From Paraphysomonas bandaiensis (lineage: Eukaryota; Protista; Chrysophyceae), in the NCBI GenBank assembly GCA_965644295.1, contig CBFFRP010000655.1:18792-82791 (forward strand): a stretch of 64,000 bases of DNA. The letters run 5' to 3'. Below are positions 13,874 to 26,777 of this stretch, piece after piece (position 1 is the first letter of the stretch; each line of letters opens with the position of its first letter). The notes below the pieces were generated by a model. That model ran no database searches, was not told where the DNA came from, and saw only the letters and a list, made by a program, of their open reading frames with translations. A program made the translations under genes and the position numbers.

Positions 13874-14005
13874 CAGGGCCAGGTAGAAATATATTGGATT
13901 GCAATATATTGCAGAATGAATATTGCGATTACTAATTTTTGCTCGCTACAATATATTTGTTATTATTTTAGCGAAATTTGGCCTCGCAATATATTGCAAT
14001 ATATG
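13874..14005. mobile_element. Possible DNA-transposon (hAT/MITE-like) terminal remnant
   Basis: Begins CAGGG and carries the palindrome GCAATATATTGC twice (13901-13912, 13986-13997) plus degenerate variants, resembling subterminal transposase-binding repeats. No partner terminus or TSD found. Confidence 0.3.
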
Positions 14006-14573
14006 ATATATATAGCTCATGCGTGCGCGTCTTCGAAAATAGATTTGATTAATCATAAATGTGATGAACATAGTAATGCAGGAAAGTGGATAATAATGCA
14101 GAACATAACTATCATATACAACGGAATAGTTACAAGTATAACTGATAATGACGATCGTTATGATGACGATCACGTATCTTCTACAGATACTCTCTCTAAT
14201 TCAGTTCATGATATATTCATTGAGCATCATAACTCACATATACTATCATCTTATATTACGATGAATCCTAATATCAAACAATTCTGATAGTTATCTGCAA
14301 CGAAGAACGCTATTCATGTTTAATATTAGAATTCGTATTGTCTCTGTCAAGCTATTCACCAATAGCAAACTCCTAACTATTAAAAGTTCTGCCTCTTCAT
14401 ACAACTAAAGACTAAGACTATCCAAATATATTTTAGTATGATCTGTAAGAGCATGTTAGTTAGTCTGAAGTAGAAGATCATACTGATGACAGTGCAAGTG
14501 ATCTATTTTCATATATCTAGATCTTCGAAACAGGAACTTCAAGCATATTACTGGAGAGTTCATATGTCACAGA

Positions 14574-14825
14574 GTAGTGAATGTCTTATTATTAGCAATA
14601 GTACTAATATAGTATTGCAATTTTTATAACTTACTAGTGCTTTACTCTTAACTCTGATATCCTACTATTTAACGCTATTAAAGCTGCTTGTGTGTCACCG
14701 CAAGCACCAAGGTGCAAGGTGCAACTACTTTCGCTATATCACGCAAAGCAAACGCAAGCGAGTAAGCCGAATGTTGATATAATACCTGATATCTGAAGAC
14801 TTCAAGATTTCTGAATCCTTAAGAA
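14574..14825 (-). repeat. Diverged second copy of the LTR-like repeat at 7032-7531, inverted
   Basis: Reverse complement reads ..GTTGCACCTTGCACCTTGGTGCTTGCGGTGACACACAAGCAGCTTTAATAGCGTTAAA-TAGTAGGATATCAGAGTT, versus GTTGCACCTTGGTGCTTGCGGCGACGCACAAGCAGCTTTCGTAGCGTTAAATAGTAGGATAATAGAGTT from 7350. CTTAAGGA(C/T)TCAG and CTATTGCTAA..AAGAC anchors are also shared. Confidence 0.75.
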
Positions 14826-16364
14826 ATCTGGGTAATATCAAAGAAGAACATGAGTAGCATATTAAGGACAGCTTGTAACGAAAGAAATACTCATAATTAC
14901 AACAACTAGTATTGCAACTCTTTTCTTTATCTTTAACCTCTCAGGTACATATTACATAAAAATAATCATTCTATTTTATAATTTACCAGGTTCTGGCATT
15001 ATTCCGGCACCCTAATGTGGTACGGGTACATTTGTTGTAGGCATTATTGAAATTTGGGGATTTATTATATTGTTTCTTTGAGCTAATCTAGTACAATTAC
15101 CATTCTATTATATGTAGATACGATAGATTTCAATCAATACTTTGATTTTGCATTTGTCTTCTTAATGTTAATCAGGAAACACCTATTTTTTCTTACAGTA
15201 GGAAGCAAGCTACATTTGACTATTATATATACAATCTAGATATTAGGTTTTCGAAATATGATGATGAGGATAATCGCATTTATTCAAGTATTAATTGTTA
15301 CCGGGCAATTGAATTCTGTAGCTTCAAGATATTGATTTAGGACAGTAAGTGACAAATAGATCACAGTTTGACCACGCCGAGATTACAAGTATTAGGAGTG
15401 TGTATGAGCTGTGGAGTATCTATATATATGGTCTCTATTTATTGCTGACGGTTTTTGGCATGTTGGAATAGCATGAGTGACTATACTACTGTGTAGAGAT
15501 CTGGTGGTGACTGCTATATGGCTGCTAGCTAAGGTTAGAAGCGAGTTGTACTTACTTGTCTGGGCTACGCTAGGACGAGTGAGACCCTATCTAGTGATAT
15601 ATATACTGTGTGCTGTGGCATATATATTATATTTATTTACATGCTTGATGAGCTCTACACATCATCACTTTGGATTCACTATGTCATACTATTTTCATGC
15701 TTATCACGTCACTCACATTACATTAGTATGCACCACATCATACATTGTACGCACTTACACCAATCTGACATTCATCATTATCGCATTATACATACCATAC
15801 ACTTTACACATAATATGAACACCACGCTGCGTTGGTACTAATTCTTCTCTAGCTGCAGATAGAAGGAACTCGACGTCAGTGTAGTACATTCATTTATGTC
15901 CATCCTCTTATAATACCTCTATATGTATGCATATTTCCCTCTATGCCTTTCATTACACACTTATTACTTATTACCATGCATGCTGTAGCATAGTGTACAT
16001 ATGCTTGTATAAGATCCAAGTCTTGTCATAAGCACGATATGCATGTATATGATGTATGTTTAGTATATGTACGCTTTGTATCACCTAAGAGTCCATTCAT
16101 ATTGTTATGAGGCTGTTGTTCCACTGTGTGAGGTCTTCATATCACTGAGATTTCTCTGAAGCTTTCAAGTAATGTAAGTTCCAGATATGGCAGACATTCA
16201 TGCTTTTAAGTTTCCCACACCATAAACATCAATGATACAATATTGTTTTACTAGTAGTCACACTGTCAGATTAGTGTTATAAAACATAAAACCCATCATA
16301 TTTACTCCACTACAACTTACATGTATTATTCTCTACTGCACAAGAGAAAAATGAGCACATCATT

Positions 16365-19300
16365 TTACCCGAACACATTGTCAACAACACTGCTATCAAT
16401 ATTCGGTGCTCTTACAGCCTCGTTTGTACTGGTATGACTTGAGTTTACGGCGGTTCCAAACTCTGTGGCATCGTTACCTTCGTCAGAATTAAAAGCATTG
16501 CGACCCTCTTCAGGTTCTCGCACAACGGCATCAGTTGCTTTGCTATTATCAAATGACTCAAAACGATTGTCTGTGCGCTCCTCAGACAAGCCACTGCACT
16601 CCTGTGCCACATGGTCCCTTTCACCACTGTCATCAGCAATGTCCACGGAATCTGTCAAATTAACAGATTTCTCACGAGACCCTTCTTCACTAACAACGTT
16701 ACCAGTATCTGCCAAGTTATCTAATCTCTCACGAGGACCCACATTACTCTCAGAGCCATCATTCACTAATGATTCTTTTAGTTTCTCAGGAGACCCTTCC
16801 TCAGCGCGACTACTTCTCTCATTTTCATTGAGAGGTGTAAACAGCACAGATGCTGCCGGAGAAGTCTGTGTGACCACCTCACGTGGATGGTCACTTGGCC
16901 CACTACTGCTACCACCATTGCCCTGTATCACATCAATTCCAGCGGCCAGACTACGTTGCAAAGCCAGAATAGCAGCACGAGCGGAGGTGGTGCCGTCAGG
17001 TTTGTCGGCAGAACTTGAGTCTTTGGCAGCGATACTTGCACTTTTGTGCGGGCTGGAGCTGTCCGTATGCATAGATCCCTTGTTATTATCCGACTGGCCT
17101 TCAAAGATATCGGAGTCGTTTTCCACAGCACATGAGGTGTCAATGTCAGAGGTTATCGGTGTAGGGGTGGCGAGAGATGGTGTGCCACCCGAGGCTACAG
17201 GTGTAGAGGTGAGTGATGGTGTGCCATCAGAGCCCATCTCTTCAGGAATTACTTGCAATGACACGGTACCACTGATAGCAGAAGAATTTGAAAAATGTGG
17301 AGTACATATAGAGTAAAGTTGCCCCTCGCCCACTTCTTCCTGAATAGACGGTCCAACTTTTCCGTGCTGCTTCTTCGTATCAGTGGAAGGAGTATCCTTC
17401 TGTCCTTCGCTGTCCTCGCCCCCGATGGACTGCACAGACTGTCCCTCCTCGCCGTTGACAGTCTGAACTGGCTGTCCCTCTTCACACTGAACGGGTCGAG
17501 CTGGTTGCTCCTCTTTCGAATTCATGTACGTCGCTATTGCACTCTGAATGATGGCATTGATGTCAGCATCCTTGGTCCCTGCTTGATTTGCCGTTGATAC
17601 CGCAGCAGCAATTGCCTTCTCCATGTCACTGTCAGGGGGCACTGGAGGGGCTACACTGGAAGCAGCAGTTCCGGTGTTATTCGACTCTGATTTGACCTTC
17701 CGCTAAATATAAAAATATTACTGTTGCACGCTATATATAAAGAATATAATAAAAAGATACACAACCATGTATTAGAAAATAAAAGTGACATGTAACCAAC
17801 AGTTGAATCGTACCGGAATAACCTTGCTTGCATGAAAAAGTTCCTTTGGAGCGCCAGAAGCAGCCTTTCCCTTTTTAGGACTACGCGCATGTTAGAGGTA
17901 CCACATAGATAACAAAATATATACCTCGAGTACGCTGACGAGGATCCGCCAGCTGCTGCTTTGTCTCGAACAGCACTCGAGGCAGTGTGGGTCATATGCA
18001 TATTCCCTTTCCTTCTCGGCCTATTCGGACTGACAGAACCGTCCTCACCAACAGAGCTTTCAATAACAGCTGACCGGGCAGCGAAGGACGTGTCCAGTAC
18101 AGGGACAGGGGGAGGTGGTAGTGCACCGATCTGCTCAGCGGTGGCAGTGACAAGAGCTTCATAATCGCTACTTTTAGACTTCAGCTGACTAGCCAGAGTA
18201 GGTTTCATCAGCAGACTCTCTCTCTTCGTGGCAGATGCTGTAGATTTCTTGGCCGCTGCAGTAGAGCCCGGCTCTGTAGGGGCGGTGGATGCGTCGTCGA
18301 AGGTGTCCACACTTGTAACAGACATTTGCCGCAGAGGTTGCTTGCTTAGACGCTCGAATATCGACCCTGTGTACTCGCTTACCCTAGATTGCTGCATGTA
18401 AGTAATATTTACCTTTTCTGGACCGGCCTGCACTGGAGCTTCTTCTGCTACTAGTCACTGAATGAAGCTACAAAAAAAAACTTGTTAATAAATATAGCAT
18501 TTGTCGCATCATAGACACATTCAAGTGCAGTGAAGGTATGACAATCACTCAGTCAACGTTCGACAACTCACATCACTGTCCAGGGATTGCCTCAAAGTTT
18601 GGGATTCCCCTACCCTTCTTATATCTCCACTAGTTGCTCGACTGAGATCCAATGCTTTAGTTCTCTCCACTTGGCCATCCTCGGGCAGACTGGCATCATC
18701 ACTCATGAGTGGGTATGAGGTTGCGTAGTCATCAAAAGATTCTTCAAGAGATGACTGCAGAACCAGTAATTCCGACTCCTTCGGAATGCTGGGGTTAAAT
18801 GTGCACCCTTCCAGCTATAGGAACACAAATCAAACACATCACATTAATAGAGCCTCTCTAGTACTTATGCCACACTTGAAATATCGTACATCACATATAG
18901 ATGAATAAAGCAACCAAAGAAGTTTTACCTCTTGCTTAGCCCGGGCTTTGGCATTTTCTATCATGACCGTTTTCCGTCTACAGATAACGTCATAATATTG
19001 CAGCATTTTCAGGTTGTTCATAGTACTAACCTTTCCCCGGCCTTGATAAGTCTATCATGAACCGGAACATGAGCCTCCTCCGGTTTGCGCCTACACAAGA
19101 TGATGAGTATTCGCATTTTATTCTGTGCTGCATATTCTGGTAATCTTACAAAACGAGCCAACCGAAAGACATAATAAGCAGACAATATCATCGAATGGCT
19201 AACAACCTTTTGGGGGCGCTCTTCGCTCTCTTATTTAGCACTGGAGTGAACGTTAACTCAGGGTCGTCTACAGGTTTAGCTTTCTCAGCTGCTTCCTTAC

Positions 19301-21530
19301 GAAGAACTGCGGCTTGAGAGAGCCTATCAAATACACTCCCGGTCTCCGTATTCGACGAAGGTGGGGAATGGGGAGCAACCCTGCGCCGAGGGCTCGACGG
19401 GGACGAGCAAAGAGTGGGAGAAAATGTAAGTTCTTCTCTTTCCTCGGCAAGTATTCGCTCGCGAACAACTGCATACCCACGATTGATGCTAAATATAAGT
19501 TTGCAAACGAGGCACATTTACTTACGCTCTCTTTTCTTCTTGTACTCAGAAGCGCTCTGATTAAGTCTCTCGTATATATCCTTTCCGCCACTAGCCGGGG
19601 TGCCATTTCTATCTTGTGTGTAACTGTGGGCAGTAGGCCGAGAGGGTGTAGATACTAGAGTGGGCTTAAATGGAAGTCGCGCTTTCTGCTCAGCCTCAAT
19701 TCTTTCCTTCAATGCTATGCACAATATCACAACTGAATGCGGGCAGATGAAATGCAGGCACTTGTATACAAAATAATACAACCAAGATAATCTTACCATC
19801 CTTTCTCTTCTTCAACTCCTCAGCTTGTTGGCTCAACCTAGCACCATATATCAAATTGTTAGGTGCCACTTCTACCGATGTACCTGAGATGTACGGGAGT
19901 TGAGCTGCGGGGTGCTGGTGATTGTCCATCTGACCCCATTGACTGTTTACTATTGCTTCTTGACACAGGGCGTCCAGGAGATGGAGGACGGGCTTTCAGC
20001 TGGGGTTTGAAGGTACATTCCTGCAGTAAATGGCGTTACACCCTTCTATGCAGCATAAAACAGCCGCTACTCATGTCGGTTATACTGCTTCTACGAGAAT
20101 TGCACAGAAGAACAGACACTAGATTGGCTTAAGAGTACCTGTAACTCCTTGTTGGCGAGTTCATCTTTCTTAGCCTTCATTTTGGAACTAATCCTGTTAT
20201 CAGCAGCACGGCATCTCTCCTCAAAGGACCCTAATTAAATATTATAATATATAAACGTTAATGCTGCGGTTGTGCCACAGAGCACGAGTACAGAATGCGC
20301 ACCCAAAGTTGAACGCACCAGTTACTTCAAACTTCTGCTTCTCCTTGATCCCATACTCGGGAATACCCCTCCGAATGCGATCTTCTCTCTCGCGTTCAAT
20401 CCTTTGCTGCTCTTCCTTCCTAAGTTGTTCTGCTTTCGCAGCTAATCGTTCTTCCTTTTTACTTGCATCTACGACCAGAAAGTAAACCAGATCCCAAATA
20501 GAACAAAGCTAAGGTTTCATAATGATTAATTCACTTACCCATGTAAAGTCGGTCAAACCGCTTTCCATCAGACAAAGAGCTCTGTGTACTACTGTAAACG
20601 CCCCTGCCAGCGCTAGCGGATCTTCCCTGCTGTTTTCCTTTGGCAATAGTGGGGTGGAAAGTGCACTCCGCTATATATAATGTTATATTTCAGCGTTCCA
20701 CTACTGCGACGATACATATGTGCACAATTTCCCATGCACCATTAATCAATATACAACTAACACGAAATCTCAACAATAAACGCATTGGCTTAGTCATATG
20801 AAAGTAGAGTATTGCCGCCAATGCACTGATGGCAGTGACATACCTAGCTGTTCTTGCTCTATTTGCTTTCTCAGCTTATCGATTTTCTCCCCCTTGTGTC
20901 TGGCGCTTTCATATAACCTGGTGGGTGTGCTGGCCCTGGCTCTCTGGCTACTCGCGGCTACACTGCTGCTCGTGGTGACGAGTGTCGGCTTGAATGGGCA
21001 GTCAGCTGGTGGGCGACTACTTATATCCTGTTGTCTCGCCTTTCGGTTGGCAGCCTCTTCATAAAGCCTCCTGTAAAGAAATTTTGGTGTCATCAACGAT
21101 AAAGAAAATACTAGTTCATGCAGACCTAGATACTGGTGTATGACTTTCTCTTTGTGATCTATGTGAACTGGTGACATGCGTATCTGGCTTGAACGTACAG
21201 CCTTCAGGGGTCTTTTGCATCATGTTTTGCATCCGTTCACGGTGAGCTTCCGCATCATGATACAAGTGGCTGTACATCACATCACATGAGTACCTATAAG
21301 ATACACGTTGGCAATAATACATACTCTGGAGATCGGGATCTCTGGGGGTGGGTAACTTTAGACTGCTGTGCATCGGCGACAGTGTCAAATCCATTCGGTT
21401 CCTCCCTGGATGAATTCAGATATCTCTCAGTAACTGACTTGTGAGTGCCCATATCAGGAGACTCTAGAGGTGAAACATGACTCCCATTAAGAGCAGTATT
21501 CTCTATAGATAAGTCCTCAACTTCAGACAT
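16365..21530 (-). CDS. Large multi-exon low-complexity/coiled-coil protein with repeated (E)CTFxP and (F/Y)xRL motifs, probably cytoskeletal
   Basis: ORF pieces 21294-21530, 21116-21394, 20794-21177, 19188-19517, 17651-18433 and 16365-17642, plus small exons, contain GCTFKP, DCPFKP, ECTFHP, ECTFKP, LPFKP, ELTFSP, ELTFTP and GCTFNP alternating with RLYE/FDRL/YERL/FERL. Exon boundaries are approximate. Confidence 0.7.
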
Positions 21531-21853
21531 CTCAATGAATTCGATTTATCACTACAAGAAATCAGTGTTCATTACCACACACAAATAACACTGATAAAAA
21601 CAAGTTCATACCAGCCGCTATATATTATTTAATAAAGTATTTAACGTAATATCCAAGTAGTTAATAGTCTCGTAAATTAAACGAGACTGGCTTATTAATA
21701 TGCTACTTGGAGGTGATAGAGGTGGCTTAAAACAGCACGACAATGCTCGTGATTTCTATCAAAGGGCTATTACACATGCGATGGTATATACGAGTTGATT
21801 ACAAGGCAGGGCAACAATTCATAGTGATGTTAGAATAACACTGAGACGAGGGC

Positions 21854-21987
21854 ATGTATGTATGTATGTATGTATGTATGTATGTATGTATGTATGTATG
21901 TATGTATGTATGTATGTATGTATGTATGTATGTATGTATGTATGTATGTATGTATGTATGTATGTATGTATGTATGTATGTATGTAT
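21854..21987. repeat. (TATG)n microsatellite, ~33 units
   Basis: Perfect tetranucleotide run between two divergently transcribed genes. Confidence 0.98.
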
Positions 21988-22550
21988 AAGTACAGGAGTC
22001 GATGATACGTACTTGTGTATATGGTATGGTAGTATACATACAGAGATGGAAGCAGGGAATGGAATACTCATCTCTGTCTAATGTCTAGATGTACTGTACG
22101 TATGATATGGTATGATTGTTCCAGATCCCTAACTGCTGCTCCTGCTTACTATCTACCACCCCAACAGAATACATCTGTATATACTGCTGTATATCTCACA
22201 AAAAACCGTTGTCATAATTCAAATCTACAGAACAAAAACAGGCATATAACACATACACACATCTACGTCCAGAGTCCACCTATACATACATACACTCTCT
22301 ATACCATACATACATACATGTATAGTACATACATATACAGTAGCACTCGTAACAGTGAGAAAAAAAACAGGCTCTCATGACTATAGAAATCAGCACCTAA
22401 ACTAACAGTTTAAAATTTCCTCATAAGATGCTTGCTTGGCAATATACATGCCAGCATATTGAGTATATCATATGTGGATAATCTCCTATGTATAAAGGAG
22501 TTCTATTCTCTTCTTTCATTTGACTGTATTGTTAATTATTTGCTTGGATT

Positions 22551-25491
22551 ATGGCCGCTAAAATTAAAGATGGTCTCTTTATCGGAGATGCAGAGACTAG
22601 TCAAGACCCAGAGTTTCTTGAACTTAATAAAATTAATAGTTTAATAAATTTTGCTGGACGTGAAGTACCAAATGTGTGGGCTGCACACGGTACGCTTTAT
22701 TCATTGTATACTATGACGAGATAATATATGCTGTAGGGTTAGTTTACAATACTTATAACTGGGAAGATAGGGAAGACTTCAAAGTGTTTGATCCTAAGAA
22801 TGAAATTCTGTCCGAGATTGTATTATTTGTTGATAAGTCATTGAGGTGTGTACGTCAGTGATGGTGTAATCTTGATTGATTTTGACGGTGGCAGACATGG
22901 GGGCAGCGTATTGATGTTTAGTTTGAATGGAACAGGAAGATGCACAGTAGCAGCATGTGCCTATCTAATGCAAAAATATGGGTATGTTGCTGTACTAACA
23001 ATACTCTTCTTTTGTTTGCATAATACGATATTATATTAGTTGGGGGTTTGAGAAGTCCTACGACTTCGTCTACTCCAAGAAGCCAGATATAGAGCTCAAT
23101 AGGTGTGTTGAAGCAATATAGGCAATTTGTTTTTACTATCTTAATGTGTAATCTTATATACAGGGGATTTGTGGAGCAACTGTTTATATTGGACAAGAAA
23201 CTCAGGGCGAAAAGATACCAGGTATGTTTTATTAGATTTCTTACAATTACAGGCACACTCTGTGACGGAATGATGCAGGGCAAAGAGCTAACTGAGTATG
23301 ACCACATGCGAATCAGTGGCTGGGATCCAGCTTATTTACTACACGCTCAACACAACTCACAATCACCTGAACACAATAAGAGACTCACAGCTGCATCCGC
23401 ACATCGTAAGCTTCCGTTGCTTGAATTATCCAATCTATTCTGTGTGACGAGTTACGTTTCAGTGATTCCGGAGAGCTCGGTCTCTGATGAACTGCTCATG
23501 ATTAACAGCTATATTAATAGCAAACTTACGGTGTGTCAAATGTGTGTGACTACGTATTTTCTCACATGCACTACTATACGTAGATATCATCGCTTCCCGG
23601 ACCTTACCACGATGCCATGAAGACACACAAGAACTTCACGCTGCAGATAAATCTTGCAAACAACCAAGAGGTAATATTGTCACTGTACATTCGTTGTGTA
23701 GTGCATATGTTGCGGCAGCAGGGAAGTTGATAATCTGGGGTATATCTTATTGTATTTTTAGGCTGGTGTGCATCTTCAGAGGCGCGCCCCGCCACCCTCC
23801 AACTATCGCCCCCCGAAAGGTGGCATCCTCAAGGGTGGGGCTAGTAATGGTCGAGCTGCGGCCAAGCGTCACACTAACAAAGTGGATGCGAAGGCTGCAC
23901 ATAGAGGTTCGACAGGAAGCAGAAGGAGCACCATGCGGGACTTGGAAGAGAGTGATGACGACATCGCTGATTTCGCATCTGGAGCGAAGAGAGAGGCCTC
24001 GCCGCCGTTACTTCCCTCTGAACAAGCATCTGTAGTATCCGATGGCAGAGGACGATATGATGCATATGATAGCAAGCTTGAACCTTTTCCACAAGGGTCA
24101 GTGGCCTCCACTGGAAGTGACCTGTACGACTTTGTCGGCCTCAATAACACTTCAGCCGCAAGTGTGAGGGGTAGTCATGAGGGCCTCGGTTCGATGGTCT
24201 CATCGTTGGACATGACTTCAGCACACGGGTCCACTGCGGAGAGTAAAACTAAAGAGAGGGTAGACAGTGGAAAGACTCCTGAAGAGAGACTACATAGTTT
24301 GTTAGGGAGTCTCCAGAGGGGAAAGGTGGAGACCACCATATGCTGCATCATTTCATCCGCTTTTTTGTTTGTCTGCACTGCTTGCTTTTATTTGCCTACT
24401 CCTCCGCTTGGGTGACTTTGATGTGTGTTTCTCTGAAGCCTTGTCATATGAGTTTTTGTTACTTGTGTAATACGTACGTCATGTAGACTCGGACAGCTTC
24501 CTCTGAAGTTGCGCCCGCTGCCGAAGAGAAAGGGTGAGTGTATTTAATCGCGGGGATGTATATCTAACATGTTGTTCTATTTATTTGTCCTTGTAGGAGC
24601 AGTAGAGAGTATGCTAGGGGGGACTTGTGGGCCAAAGCTACAGCCAGGCAGCAGCAACAGCAGCAGCATATAGACCCTTCGATTCATGATGTGGCGTCTA
24701 TGCCTGTGACACCTGCGTATAGGGCACCAGCTGGGCGTACACGAGAGCGAGAAGCTAAAGAAGTCCGCGGATCGGGCAGAACAGCAGGGATGGGTATGCC
24801 TGTAAGAGCAGGAGGGGCTGTGACATCATCATCTGCCGGTGCCTCTGGTGGGTGGATGCAAGAGGATGGCAACCAGCAGCACGCCTCTCAATACTATAAC
24901 CACAGTGGGGGAAGAGTCAGGAGTAGTAGAGGGCCCAGTAGCTCCGGTAGCAGCAGACACCAGCCTGCTGGTAGTGGTGGTGCAGGAACATCACGCAAAC
25001 CACCCCAACAGTACAGACATGGTAGTCCGGCACCACAGGTATCTCGAACAGGCTTAACCTCACGAGCGGCAGGGATGAGAGGAGGTTCCAATGGTGACAT
25101 ACACAGTGCAACAAGCAGTATAGGTGAGTTCTTGTGCATTCAATGGTGTATTTGTTATTACCGATATATCTGTTTTGAGTGTTGATATGTAGCTGAAAGC
25201 GCTAGTGGAGATGATATGGTGGCAGAAGCAGTCAGGAAGCAACGACAGAGTGTTCCGGGAAGAACTTACAACAGCTCAGGTTCAGGCAGGTCGTCAACTC
25301 CACCAAGGCAGAGGTCGGGAAGTGCGCAAGTATCATCATCTCTGTTACAGAGTACTGCATCCTCTAGCAGGCGTGCTATGACCCCTAACAGAGATAAGAG
25401 GTCTAGTACACCCGTTCGGGAGAGGAGAGAGACTCCTACCCGTGACAGACGCTCCACCCCTCAACGAGAACCTAGGGGATGGAGATACTGA
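22551..25491 (+). CDS. Dual-specificity phosphatase-like protein (probable pseudophosphatase) with long disordered C-terminus, multi-exon
   Basis: MAAKIKDGLFIGDAETSQDPEFLELNKINSLIN..., then across introns SVLMFSLNGTGRCTVAACAYLMQKYGWGFEKSYDFVYSKKPDIELNRGFVEQL. This is a DSP fold, with Ser where the HCxxGxxR Cys would be. Confidence 0.82.
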
Positions 25492-26777
25492 TAACATAGC
25501 CAACCAGCCTCTTTACACGCTTATAAGATATTAATGGTAGCACAGTATATACCCCATACCATGTAAGACCAACTTCTAGATGGATGACGTCATGCATGTA
25601 TGAAGCAAGATGAATCAAGATTTCGATTGCAGCGTGTGTATTGTATTATTGCAGCCAATGTCGTCCCCTATGCAGGCTACTACGTAGCTGCAATCAGCAG
25701 TGGGAGAATGATTGAGTAGTATGCAGGCATCTTATGTATTAAAACACTATTAATTGTGTGGGTGTGCAGTAGTAAATCTAATATAAGAATAATACTATGC
25801 TCTATCATAGTGGAATGTGAGAGGATATGTGCAACGTAAGTAGAAACGATTTCATTTAGTTACTCTCCTCAGCGAAGTCGGACTTCTTTTACAGATTCAG
25901 GTAATGTTCTGGGGGGGATAAGCGATAAGGCTAGGTTTGTCAACCAAATTGACTAGGTTTAATTATATTTCCCGATGAATATTCTTTGTTACTCAAAACA
26001 TACGCGAATAACTTAATGCCACAGTGAAGTACATATGAAGCATAAATGCTAAATCATAACATTGTAAAATGTAATTCGTCGCTGTTTAACCTTAGCAGTG
26101 GTAAAACAAATTTATAACTTTCAATCTTCATTCATTTAAAATTGATCTTTTATAATATTACAATTAACCAATTATATTTTCATCTGAATGACACTATTGT
26201 AAAAACTTTGATTTTTTAAATAGATATATATCAATCATCGATATCTCGTTTGGCAGTTATTAAATTTCGCCAAGTAAAACGTCCATACTCCTTACTGACT
26301 AACTTTAAGTCGTGTGAAGCCTGATGCCGCGGCAAATGAAAGGTCAGTCACGGCACGAATAAGCTTGCACTTCATAATAAATTGACGCTGTATAGATTTA
26401 AATACGGAAATATTTCTTTGAAAATACAATTAATTTTCCATATGTTTCTGTTGTAGAGTACACAGTAGTAGGATTCTTATTTCTTATTTGAGACAGATGG
26501 AATAGCGGCATTATACATTATGCTGCTAGGAACTATCACTTGTCGATTTGTCAGTTCATATACTATCAATACCAAAGAAATCTTTATTCTCAATTCTCTT
26601 AATACTTATTACGCACCTCGCTATATCATAACCAAGCCTCATGAAATACTTTCCCTGCACAATTGCAAACTAGACCACGGCATCTAGCTAGTAAAGTAGA
26701 TTCAGATCACATCGCACTGCGTCGCACAACTGAACTTGCAAGTGGTAACTACACTACAGGGACAGCTACAAGTGGAT

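Noticed and set aside
13916-15841. ORFs 13916-14287, 15477-15818 and 15608-15841
   Set aside because: AT-rich, Ile/Tyr/His-biased translations with no motifs, in a TE-relic intergenic region.
21799-22081. HTYI/MYVC repeat ORFs
   Set aside because: Translations of the (TATG)n microsatellite.
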